Under the pieces are notes generated by a model. It did no database searches and was not told the DNA's origin. It worked only from the letters and a program-made list of their open reading frames with translations. Source: Octopus sinensis (lineage: Eukaryota). Taken from it: 64,000 nt of DNA. This document shows, piece after piece, positions 25,361 through 36,715 of this stretch. Made by a program: the position numbers and the translations under genes. The stretch covers positions 184,574,001 through 184,638,000 of the forward strand of contig NC_042997.1 of the NCBI RefSeq assembly GCF_006345805.1, given 5' to 3'. Position 1 is the stretch's first letter; every line of letters starts with the position of its first letter.

Positions 25361-26339
25361 TATATACTAATATTATGCAGTTTTACTTGAAACACAATAG
25401 CACAAAGTGCAAAATGAATAGCTATCAGGAAGTTTGTTTCTTTGACATTACAACATTAATCTACATTAGTAGTTCCTAAACTTGTTCAGTTTTACTCCTG
25501 TTTATAGTCTGACAGGTTCAAATTACACCAGCATAAAATTGCATATTATACCAAATACAAATGCACAATACAACTCTAATCCAATTGCAATGTACAAATG
25601 GACTCTTAATGCAAAGGATAAAATTGTTTTGCCAATGCCATATTTTGGATACGTGATTTAGTTGCTGACCGCGCGAGGTTCATCTTTGGGTTTGGAATCA
25701 GCCGGTTTTCTAACCATGATCTTGACTTGGTACTTTCTTTGGAACCCTAGTTCACTTACGTTAGTTGTGAGCAATGGAAATAGTACGTCACTACTCCGAG
25801 TTAGAAAATATTAATCTTAACTGAGGCAACGATGATCAGAGAACTTTTTTCGTTGCGCAGAGCAAGCGAACGCATTCATTTCAGAAGTTAAGCGTATGAA
25901 TGACTTGTGAGAAAAAAATGTTTTTCCGGTTGTTCTGTTGCAACAGAGATGTTCTCTATAACTAATTGCTGTTCAAAAACTCAATCTAAGCCATGTCTAT
26001 GAGATAGCATTTTACTTCAGTATGCACAAAGGTTACACATGGTGAGATCCAAAGCTTTTACGAAGCACTCTGAGCAAACAAGTCTTAAGTGCTCAGAGTT
26101 TAATAAAATTGACTACTAGCACAACACAGATCATTGGATGAGTGAGAAAGATTCTTGTTTGTGATACATTGTCGGTGAATGATGTAACATTCGGCAGTAA
26201 TTTAAGGTTTCTTCTCTACTAATTTAACAAAGCGAATTTTAGCTCGTTTGTTGACTTACTCCTTTACTTCAAATATCTCCTACTTTTTTCCTTCATTATG
26301 TACAAAATATTGTCGTTGAATAATGGATATTTTGGGATC

Positions 26340-27095
26340 AGGTACTCGAGCGCCCACTGTCCCGGAAAGAACTCTGGGGCACTTATCAGGGGATAATTTT
26401 CTGCCTTTTACATACTGTCGCTGACCTCTTGTTTACCCCAGATATATGAAAATATGGAGCAAAGAAGATCCATCATAAAAGCAGCGTGGGGAACCTCTTT
26501 GCACCTAGAATCACATTTGACCAGATGGCTTGGGACCACATTTGATCAGATGGAGGTCCTTGTAGCAATTGCCAAGTGGGCTGAATTGCAAAGAGTTAAG
26601 GCTAACAAACAGCAGTCACCACAACCCAAGGGTATCAGATCCCTAGGGAATAGCGATAAGACTCTAAGACGAAAGCAATGACAGATAACACGTTTGCTGT
26701 AGTGCATCCAGGCTAAGACTGAGAGATGGAGGTCTTCTAGAGGAGATAGCGTTAACATCACTCCGACCAGAGATGTTCCAGCACTCTAGGAATAAAAAAA
26801 ACAACCACTGTGGTCGAGTTCACAGAGATCTGGGAGGAATGAATCGACATTCTCCACCAGCTGAAGAAGACTAAATATTTAGACTTAGTCAATAAGGCTC
26901 TTGTGAAGAGATGGCACGCAGCCTCATTCTCTGTTGAAGTCGGCTGTTGCGGCTTTTCAGCAAGATCGGTGGGCTATTTTCAACAGCACATTGGTGTAGA
27001 ATTCAAACAAGAGAAGAAAGCTAAGCTGGTAGGCATGGAGGCTGAAGCCATCTCAAGTTGGATGTGGTTGATATAAGACTGCAAGTAGAACCCTT
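26340..27095 (+). mobile_element. Degenerate C-terminus of an RLE-type LINE (HERO/NeSL-like)
   Basis: ERPLSRKELWG..IIFCLLHTVADLL..IWSKEDP, EVLVAIAKWAELQRVKAN, EEIALTSLRPEM..KKTTTVVEFTEIWEE (cf. LRPD..K...IELTVPWEE), TKYLDLV..WHAASFSVEVGCCGF, EAEAISSWMW. Confidence 0.8.
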
Positions 27096-27191
27096 CTACA
27101 TGTGAAGACAAGTTCATTCATTGCTGCTCTACTCAGATGAAGCTTTGATCAGCTCCTGCAGTTTCTGCATGGGGGTAAACACCTCTAATTG

Positions 27192-27248
<57 letters not shown>

Positions 27249-27475
27249 ACATATATAAATTGACAGAATGAGATAAAAAATCTATTTACTGTTTTGGTTT
27301 CGTTATCTATTCTATCAATTATATATGTGCATGCTAAAACATGACCCTCGCTCGTATCATTGTCAAGCCTGGAGCTTAACCATGGTCTATCCATAGCACT
27401 TACTTAGCGTTTGTCTGATACCTTTTAGGGGCTTCCTGACACGAATACCTTTTATACCCTATATATATGTGTAGC

Positions 27476-27668
27476 GAGAATTCACAAAAAAACCCCAGAA
27501 AACAAAAGACGAAGACAGTTAGTGTGGACAACAAACATATGTATCAAATAACGCTCGGGAAGTGAAAAAGTCTTTAACGTTTCGAGCCTACCCTCTTCAC
27601 AGAAAGGAACACAGAAAGAATCCAGGAGAGAAAATAAAGAATGTGTAGTGGCTAGCGATCTATCATGG
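27476..27668 (-). mobile_element. Penelope-like pseudo-LTR fragment with decayed hammerhead motif
   Basis: Homologous to 42776-42962 and 49882-50065. Minus strand 27571-27606 reads CTTT-CTGTGAA-GAG-ggtagg-CTC-GAAACGTTA-AAGA (one core A missing). Confidence 0.65.
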
Positions 27669-27675
27669 AGAATAT

Positions 27676-27733
<58 letters not shown>

Positions 27734-27837
27734 ATATATATATGTAAGGTTATATATATATGTAAAGGTTAAGATCCAAGTATCATGGTATAGGTAGTAA
27801 GCTTCGGGCAATCCGTAGACCGTATAAAAAACAACTT

Positions 27838-28206
27838 TCAGGAACAATAGTGTTTTATTGATGGTTGTAAATTTTTTCGTATCAAAGTTCGATATGCTGA
27901 AAGAATTACATCGTTTGTCGACTTACTTCTTTCCTTCAAATATCTCTTACCTCTTTCCTCCATTGAGTACAAAATATTGTCGTTGTATAATGGATATAGC
28001 CTTCGGTTAGCAGGGGTTACTGTGTATGCGAATTGAAAATCCAATGGAGGAGATAAAATCCAGGTTACATATGCATCATAGATAGCAGAACCTCGAAAAT
28101 ACTTATTAATCAAACGAAGGTGATCCGTTAGCTGCCCGTTAGGCCAGAAATACCTTAATTGAAAGAAGTTAACATTGTCGTCAAGGGGTGTCATGTTGAA
28201 TCGCAA
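27838..28206 (-). other. Orphan 122-codon ORF of non-repetitive composition inside a diverged inverted duplication; coding status unproven
   Basis: No recognisable motif. Stop-containing homologs at 28240-28415 (+) and 26240-26330 (-). Confidence 0.3.
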
Positions 28207-28414
28207 GAGATCCTATTGAAAATTCGGTTTTCAGTTGAACCTTCTGCGAGTCAACATGAGATCCTTTGACGACAATGTTAACTTCTTTTGATTAAGGTAT
28301 CTCTGACCCGGCGAGTAGCTAGATTACCCCTCGTTTGGATAATTACTACTTCCCAGGTTTTAGTAGCTATGAAACAAATGTAACCTGGATTGTATCTACT
28401 CCATTCAATACTTT

Positions 28415-28455
<41 letters not shown>

Positions 28456-28492
28456 ATATATAGATATATATATATATATATATAATTATATA

Positions 28493-28532
<40 letters not shown>

Positions 28533-28546
28533 TATGTATGTAAATG

Positions 28547-28578
<32 letters not shown>

Positions 28579-28593
28579 ATATATATATATCTA

Positions 28594-28627
<34 letters not shown>

Positions 28628-28759
28628 ATGTATTATGTATGTATGTATGTAGATAGATAAATATAACTATAAATATAGATAGAGAGACGGGGAGAAAAAG
28701 AGTGAAAGAGCAATGTTTCATACTGAATATGAAGAAGAATTTTAATCGAATGAATCGAC

Positions 28760-28917
28760 TTCAGTCCTTTTTTCATTATTTAATGCACGGTACTTATTCT
28801 ATTGTTCTCCTTTGCCGAACGGCTATGTTACGGAGAGATAAGCACACCAACATCAGTTGTCAAGCGGTAGCAGAGGAAACACACACAAACACAAACACAC
28901 ACACACATTCATTCTCA

Positions 28918-28952
<35 letters not shown>

Positions 28953-29100
28953 GACGGGTTTCTTTCAGTTTCCGTCGATAAATTCACTCAAAAGGCTTTG
29001 GTCGGTCCGAGACTACAATAAAATGCACTTGTCCAATGTGCCACACAATGATTATGTGATTGAGAAACAAACGTCTTACCACTCAGCCACACCTGCACCT
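28760..29100 (-). mobile_element. SINE family C, diverged
   Basis: Reverse complement of the 14831 copy. Confidence 0.8.
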
Positions 29101-29264
29101 GTTAAATTAAAGTAATAACCTATGTATTATACTTAATGCATGGCAAATTTAAAGCTATATTCGTTCGGAGATAACATTTCTTATGGACTTGTTGTGTTGA
29201 AAAACAATATATATCGGAGAGATAAGTAATAACTTGCTAGCCACTGTCATGAAGCAGAGAAAGA

Positions 29265-29460
29265 GGTTATATTATCCCTGCTCCTATGGCATCATTCTGG
29301 AATTGTTTTCTCCAGGAAACTGACGTTTCCAGATACTATATCTCGGGACTCAGGGCTGGGTGTTAGAGATCTGAACACAGCAATGGAGGACCGTGTAGTG
29401 TGGAAAGGGATTTTCAATGGAGTTCCGACCAACCATAGGTTAGTTGAAGAATGATCAATA
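29265..29460 (+). mobile_element. RTE-like LINE 3' end, diverged
   Basis: LLWH..RKLTFPDTISRDSGLGVRDLNTAMEDRVVWKG parallels the 719-882 peptide. Confidence 0.7.
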
Positions 29461-30409
29461 AATAAGACCTAAATTTTCCATTTAGCTCATATTGTTATAG
29501 AAGTTTCTCTTGTTTACTCCTTAATGGAGAAGTTATATTTACTGCCATCTGCTTGGTGATTATTTACAAACAAACAGAGTTTACCACCTCGATTTAAGCA
29601 TTCATGACCATGTTCAATGGACACTATTAGTTATAGGATAAAAATAATGGTATTCTTAGTCGTGATAATCCGAAACCGTATCGGCTCACTCAAATTACAA
29701 TTTATCTAGCTGTTAATTTAATATCTCTATATTTTTGCCACCCAATCTCCTATTAAACTCGTATTTATCTTTCATATTCGATCCACCAGTGTCTCAAGTC
29801 TTTTCTGTGTATTTAGTTAGAATATTGCTATACGGAAATCTCCTATGGTGTCTTGTTAAACAAGCGTCATTAGGTTGTATTCATCATGCTCGGCCAATTG
29901 GAGACAATCTGTCGTTATCATTTTCAATAGTTTAATTTCTCTCACAGCATATTTCGGAAAACGTGACATACGAGTGTCTAGTTAGCATTTATTTTATCGT
30001 CTTATTTTATTTGTGTTTATGGATTTCTATATTGACTTTTATTGCAAGAAAATTCAGCTCAATACAAGTAGTCTCATTTGTATACTGAAACCATAACACT
30101 TAATAGTTGATTGTGCAGCGTTAAGAAAAAAAGTGACAAAGGAGTTTTGAAATAATAGAGGATTAATTTCGCCATGCAGAATGATCTCACCTCACTCACC
30201 ACTCTGAAAAACAAACAAACAATAGTAAAAAAAAAAAGCAAATTCAAAACAAAAATAACTGATTTGTGACGACGGAATAACGTATCCGTGACGGCAAGAA
30301 TGAGATTACATAAGTTGGTGAATCGACGCTTAGGCACCTAACCAAAATGTCAATCGGGTAAGTAAAACAACATAACAACCATCATCGGCAACACTACTAC
30401 TACTACTAC

Positions 30410-30447
<38 letters not shown>

Positions 30448-30567
30448 CTGCTGTTGCTACTCTTGTAATTGTTCTAATTTTTATTAACTGCCTTTTTACT
30501 TTTTTTCCGAACAATGGAGATAGAAAGAGATAGAGAGTGAGAGATAGATAGATAGATAGACAGATAG

Positions 30568-30626
<59 letters not shown>

Positions 30627-30926
30627 AATTTAGGCAAGAAATTTGACTGGTCAAAACTATAGTGTGTATCGCATGAGGCAGAAGCTGTCGCAGATAGATA
30701 TGTTCGGCATAAGTGAATATTTACGTATCAAAAGTCGTGCTGCCAACGACAAGCACCAGTCTTTTTGTTAACACCATACAAAATTGTAATAACTGCATTT
30801 AGTAGAGTTATACACCGAAATTTATCAATGCGGTTCCCCTTTATCAATGCAGATCCTTTCTTAGCAGTGCAATTGTTCAAGAGGTTGGGGAACAAGTCTA
30901 GCTAATATTCTGTGTCATGCCAAATT

Positions 30927-31268
30927 GAGGAGAAGACCCTCTTCGGTCATGAATTAGCATGGGATTGCTCCTAGAAAGTTACCCTCCGAGGCACAAGTCC
31001 GGGCAAGATTGTTTGTGGAAGGCTAGCAGTCGCTCATGCATAGGAGCCTCCCCTCTCCACGCCACCAGTGTTATCCAAGGGAAAGGCAAAGGCCGATGCA
31101 GCTTGGGACCAGTGATGTCGCAACTCATTTCTACAGCTGAGTGAACTGGAGCAACGTAAAATAAAGTGTCTTGCTCAAGAACAGAACATGCAGCCCGACC
31201 CGGGAATTGAACTCACAATCTTACGCTCGTAAGCTCGATGCTTTAACCTATGAGACATGCGCCTTCAC
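30927..31268 (-). mobile_element. SINE family D (CORE-like) with 11-bp TSD
   Basis: TSD CATGCCAAATT at 30916-30926 and 31269-31279; homologous to 17311-17649. Confidence 0.88.
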
Positions 31269-31519
31269 CATGCCAAATTAGACAGAAAGTAAATGAGTGG
31301 AGTCCATTTACCTTATTCCTGTGAAAGGACATGCGTTCTATTTCCCCGACAAATTTTTATATAGCCCTTTGTTAATATTCCCGCAGAAGTCCCCTATTCT
31401 GTTGGGATATATGTCTTTTAAAATGTATGTAAACTATGATATTTTGATGACTTTTATGTGTCGTTATGCTATTTGTTCATGTGATGTAGATATTGTGCGA
31501 TAATCAATTACTCTATAAA

Positions 31520-32078
31520 TTGTTTCAGTCATTTGACTGTGGCCATGCTGGAGCACCGCCAGGACTTATTCTTTGTAAGCCTAGTACTTTTTCTATCGGT
31601 GTCTTTTGCCGAACGGCTAAGTTACGGGGACGTAAACACACCAGTATCGGTTGTCCAGCGATATTGAGGGAACAAACACAGACACACAAACATATACACA
31701 CACACACATACATATACAGACATATATACACATATACGCCGGGCCTCTTTCAGTTTCCGTCTATCAAAATCCGCTCACAAAGCTTTGATCGGCCCGAGGT
31801 TATAGTAGAAGACACTTGCCCAAGGGGCAACGCAGGCTTTCCCGTACACGTGGGACTCGAACCCACACCTATTTGTTTTCGGGACAATTATGCTACCATT
31901 AGACTAGCGCATAACCGATGCTGGTGTGTTTACGTCCCCGTGAGTTAGCAGTTCGGTAAAAGTGACCGATCGAATAAGTACTAGGCTTACAAAAATAAGC
32001 TCTTGGGTCGATTTGCTCGACTAAAGGCGGTGCCCCAGCATGGCCGCAGTCAAATGACTGAAACAGATAAAAGAGTAA
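31520..32078. mobile_element. Two family C SINE copies in inverted orientation
   Basis: 31520-31830 on the minus strand; 31910-32078 on the plus strand (3' half). Confidence 0.85.
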
Positions 32079-32085
32079 GGGGCCA

Positions 32086-32470
32086 GTCGATTAGACCGAC
32101 CCTAGTACGCAACTGATACTTAATTTATCGAACCCAAAAGGGTGAAAGGCAAAGTCGACCTCGGCGGAATTTGAACTCAGAACGTTAAGACAGACGAAAT
32201 ACAGCTAAGTATTTCGCCCGGAATGCTAACGTTTCTTATTTCTTTATTGCCCACAAGGGGCTAAACATAGAGGGGACAAACAAAGACAGACAAAGGAATC
32301 AATTCGATTACATCGACCCCATTGCGTAACTGGTGCTTAATATATCGACGCCGAAAGGATGGAAAGCAAAATCGACCTAGGCGGAATTTGAACTCAGAAC
32401 ATAACGGCAGACGAAATGCCGCTAAGCATTTCGCCCGGCGTGCTAACGTTTCTGCCAGCTCACCGCCTTC
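32086..32470 (-). mobile_element. Two tandem family B SINE copies (one truncated, one full length)
   Basis: Reverse-complement cores at about 32140 and 32355; 3' terminus at 32239-32281. Confidence 0.88.
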
Positions 32471-32474
32471 CTTG

Positions 32475-32790
32475 CTTGTAACATTGGTAGTGTGATCACC
32501 GTGACCGACCAGGCTATCAGATGTTGCTACACATCGCTGGTCACAATGCGCTTCGCATTGTTTTAGCCATCATATGACGCCACTCCGCTGGCTAAGCGAG
32601 CAGGCCAACAGAAAAAAGAGTGAGAGAAATTTGTGGCGAAATAGTACAGCAGGGATCGCCACCACCCCCTGCCGGAGCCTCGTGTAGCGTTAGATGTTTT
32701 CGCTCAATAAACACTCACAACGCCCGGTCTGCGAATCGAAACCGCGATCCTACAACCGCTACCCTAACCACTGGGCCATTGCGTCTCCAT
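32475..32790 (-). mobile_element. SINE family A (tRNA-like head)
   Basis: Minus strand GGCCCAGTGGTTAGG (A-box) ..GGTTTCGATTC (B-box). Other pieces at 39275-39395 and 59464-59660. Confidence 0.82.
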
Positions 32791-32819
32791 ATTAGTAGTG
32801 TATGTAGTGGAATTGAGGT

Positions 32820-33790
32820 TTATGTGGATGATGTTAATGCTGCTACTGCTCTGGGAGCTAATGTTGTGTATCATTGGTTAAAAACAATGCTCCGGTTCAT
32901 TCTTATTTCCTATCTATCATTTGTCCTATCTATCATTCTATTTCCAATCTGTCATTTTGTCAGCATGAGCATTTTTTCGTATTGTGCATTTCTTGCTATT
33001 TAATTGATAGTCTCGCTATCTTCGCACTTGACATGTCTGGATACTGTAAACTGGAGAGGGGCATACATTAGGGATTGTAATTTTGTTTCGTTGTTGATAT
33101 TTTAGGTGTTGTTTATGATCTATCTGTTGCTGTTATTGCTGTTTGGCGATGTGGTGGCCCTTAATGGCAGTGCTTTTTAGATGCTTTGTTACTGTGGCTT
33201 GATCTATTGATGTTGTTATTGCTACTGTAGTAGTTGTTGTTGTTAAGCAAAAAGACGGGTAAGGGTGATTAGGTGATGGTCTAGGGCTTAGGAGCGGGAA
33301 ACCCCAGACCTGGGGAAAAAAAAAACTATTGTCGTCTTGTAGTCAAGGGCTCTTCGTTGACGCCCGACACCACTGAGAGGTGGACCTCGAAGTCGCTGGA
33401 AATGGAGATCTCCAGGTCCAAATTCTTGAACGGTTGCTACTGTAGTTGTAGGTGCTGCTTTCATTCTTGCAGCTGTTACTGCAATATTTGTTGGTACCGT
33501 TGCATGCTATTGCCTGTATTACTGTTGCTGGTGTTACTAGTGTTGCTGTTGTTGAAGTTTTGGTGTTGACAGTCTTGGAAGACAGGTTTCAGCTGTTGTT
33601 GCGGGGAGAAGACCTTACGGTAACCGACCGGCGATTTCACAATTGCATCATTTAAAGCATCTACCCTCAAATATCACCTGAACTTATTGCCCTTCTGGAA
33701 ACTGTATACTTCTGAAAACAGGGATACTGTCTAGCGTCTCAGATTTCCTCTGAATCAGGATCTCCAATCCCATCCGAACATTGCTTTTTT
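32820..33790 (-). mobile_element. Degenerate Tx1/L1-type ORF1 relic
   Basis: LEILIQRKSETLDSIPVFRSIQFPEGQ*VQVIFEGRCFK* parallels the ..VILEG..RC knuckle region at 37.4 kb; followed by an Asn/Thr/Gln-rich tail. Confidence 0.5.
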
Positions 33791-34601
33791 TTCTATAATT
33801 GTTTTATCTCTTCTAAGGGTTCGCCACACAGCATGATACAACCGGGGAAATCATTGACCTTATCGTAGTTTCAAGATCTCGGCACACAAGATTACACCTT
33901 GTTTGGTGCAAAAGAGTGGAGTAAGGCATTAATTCAACTCCATTGCTTGAGTGGCACTTCATTGGCCAGAAAAGGATGGAAATCATATTTGGCTATAGTG
34001 AGACTGGAAATCAGGACATGAAAATAGGATGAGGATCACACAGCAGTTATTCCTTCTTTTTGCAGTTTCTGCCTTCCACACCATTTTCCATCACATTTAT
34101 AACAACAAAAGCAACAGCAACAGCAATAACAACAACAATAACAACAACAACATTTACCATTTACACTGCCACCACAACGACCATAATAATAATTATAACA
34201 CTGAAAGCGACATGTTATATGAATCCTAGTGGCCTAGAGGGGAAATGAGTAGTTCCAGCTTGCGTTCTTTAATAAATTTCTTCTTTCTCAATACTTAATA
34301 AGGAGAGCGCTGTAAGCAAATAGAAATGCTATTCCAATATAATTGACTACTACACTAGTTGCAGCTTCTGGGAGAGAATTTAAACGTCCGATAAGAAAGT
34401 AGAAAGTAACATTTATCGAATGAATATGGATGGAATGTGTTTTTCCCCATTTCTTATTATTGCTGCTTTCATACACATAGGCTTGCAGGGAGCATTAAAA
34501 TATATAAAGGGAGAGAAGGGAGGAGAGAGAGAAAGAGAAAGAGAGAGAGAGAGAGAAAAAGGACCATATAAAGACGGATTGTTCAATCAGAGGAAATTAA
34601 T

Positions 34602-34701
34602 NNNNNNNNNNNNNNNNNNNNNNNNNNNNNNNNNNNNNNNNNNNNNNNNNNNNNNNNNNNNNNNNNNNNNNNNNNNNNNNNNNNNNNNNNNNNNNNNNNN
34701 N
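34602..34701. other. Assembly gap (100 N)
   Basis: Direct reading. Confidence 1.
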
Positions 34702-34990
34702 CTCAGCTTCATTCATGTTGTAAAGTTTATGAAATGGGAATATCATAACAGTTTTCCGACCACATGTTACCAGATGGTTACTCAGTGGTATTTGGCGAAC
34801 TTCTGGATTTTTAATTTCTTGCCGATGCACACGCGAGCTTTCTGATAGTGCAATACCTGTCTGGCCAACATACAGTTCTTCACAATTTAGGCATTTGAGG
34901 CAGTGGATTAAATTTCTGCCTTTGCAGTTCATGTTCGTTCGCGTTTGTAAATATATTCCCTGTTTTTGTGTTCATATATATAATTGCAAC
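34702..34990 (-). mobile_element. Penelope-like element GIY-YIG endonuclease fragment
   Basis: MNCKGRNLIHCLKCLNCEELYVGQTG..RVHRQEIKNP..IPLSNHLVTCG..IFPF: GIY-YIG with the C-x2-C spacer and H..C typical of PLEs. Confidence 0.85.
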
Positions 34991-35182
34991 TAGCTGCTCT
35001 GATATTACTCACTGGATGTTGCTTTTACCCTCTGCTCCACTGTGAAAGAGTCACTGGACGGCCATTTTATACATATATACATACATACGTGTATATATAC
35101 ATACACACATATATATATTATATATTTATATGCAATATATATATGATATAAATACACATACAAACATGCATACACACATACG

Positions 35183-35239
<57 letters not shown>

Positions 35240-36289
35240 TATATATAATATATATATATATATGTGTGGGGGGTGTAGGTTTGTATGTAGGCGTATGTAC
35301 GTATGTATGAATGTATATATATTATATACCTACATACTCTATATATATATATATATATATATATAACATACATATATATATATATACATACATAATATAT
35401 ATATATATATATACATATGTATATAGTTAAAAAAAAGAGTTAACATATGGTTAACTGTTAATTTGTTTGGAACAATCTTGAAACGATAGTTCTTCATATA
35501 TTTTAACTCTAAAAGCAACTTTGAACTTCTTTTCCTATGCTTGAAATCTGATTCACGTTATGCAAACATCTCATCATCGCTCCTTCATATCTTAGTTGAA
35601 TCAAATCCCTGTGCAAGTGCTCTAGTCGTTGGCCGGTTATAAACAACGGTATCGAGTTTTATTTTCTCTGAACTTATCTCTGAAGAAATACATACATACG
35701 TGCGCGCGCGCATTATCATATCTGGGACATTTATGCAATGGACTTACGCACAGACAAATATATTTCCACAAGTTTATGTGTATATATATGTATACAGAGG
35801 TTTACATATGCAAACACAACTACTTTTGTTTTTATCTCTTTGGATACATACATGCATACATACAATCATGTATGCAAAATTCACATACACACTAGTACAC
35901 ATGTATGCATATTTATAAATGTATGACTGTAGATTTTGACAGACGCATGAGAGAATGATAATGGAAAGCTCAACACACGTTGTAGGGAATGTATTTCTCG
36001 TTATTTAATCTTAATCTGAAAGTTTGTTTTGCGACTCTAGTTTTATGCTACAGCGATCTTCAAGCGAGAACTGCTTGAACTCGCTTTTATTGATTTCTAT
36101 GTGACGCTTAACGTGCTTCTGGTCTACAGATTCTGTTCCTTTTTTCTTTTAATTTCCACATATAATTGACTCTACGGATTTTTCCTGGTTTCTTTATTGG
36201 TTAATTATGTTATTAACTTATTTGGGATTTGTTGTTGAGCTGATGATGTTATTTTCTTGTGAGTGTGAATATATATATATATTTTATTT

Positions 36290-36512
36290 TATTCTTTTAC
36301 TTGTTACCGTCATTTGACTGCGGCTTTGCTGGAGCACCGCTTTTGGTCGAAGAAATCGATCCCAGGACGTATTCTTTGAAAACCTAGTACTTATTCTATA
36401 GGTCACATTTTGTTGCACCGCTAAGTTCCGGGGACGTAAACACACCAACATCGGCTATCAAGTGGTAATGGGGACAAACGCAGACACACAAACACACACA
36501 CACACAGATACA

Positions 36513-36554
<42 letters not shown>

Positions 36555-36715
36555 TATATATATATATATATACACGATGGGCTTTTTTCAGTTTTCGTTT
36601 ACCAAATCCTCTCATAAGGCGTTTGTTGGCCAGAAGCTATAGTAAAAGACACTTACCGAATGTGTCACGCAGTGGCACTAAACTCGGAACCATGTGGTTG
36701 TGAAGTAAGCTTCTT
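36290..36715 (-). mobile_element. SINE family C, split by the ORF1-only element; its 5' end resumes at 38205-38250
   Basis: ..CATGTGGTTGTGAAGTAAGCTTCTT continues as GAAGTAAGCTTCTTACCGCACAGCC at 38205. Confidence 0.88.

Noticed and set aside
26860-26900. CTGAAGAA-GACTAA..TTAGTC resembling a hammerhead core plus stem II
   Set aside because: No GAAA after the stem, and it lies in the coding frame of the RLE relic (QLKKTKYLDLV).
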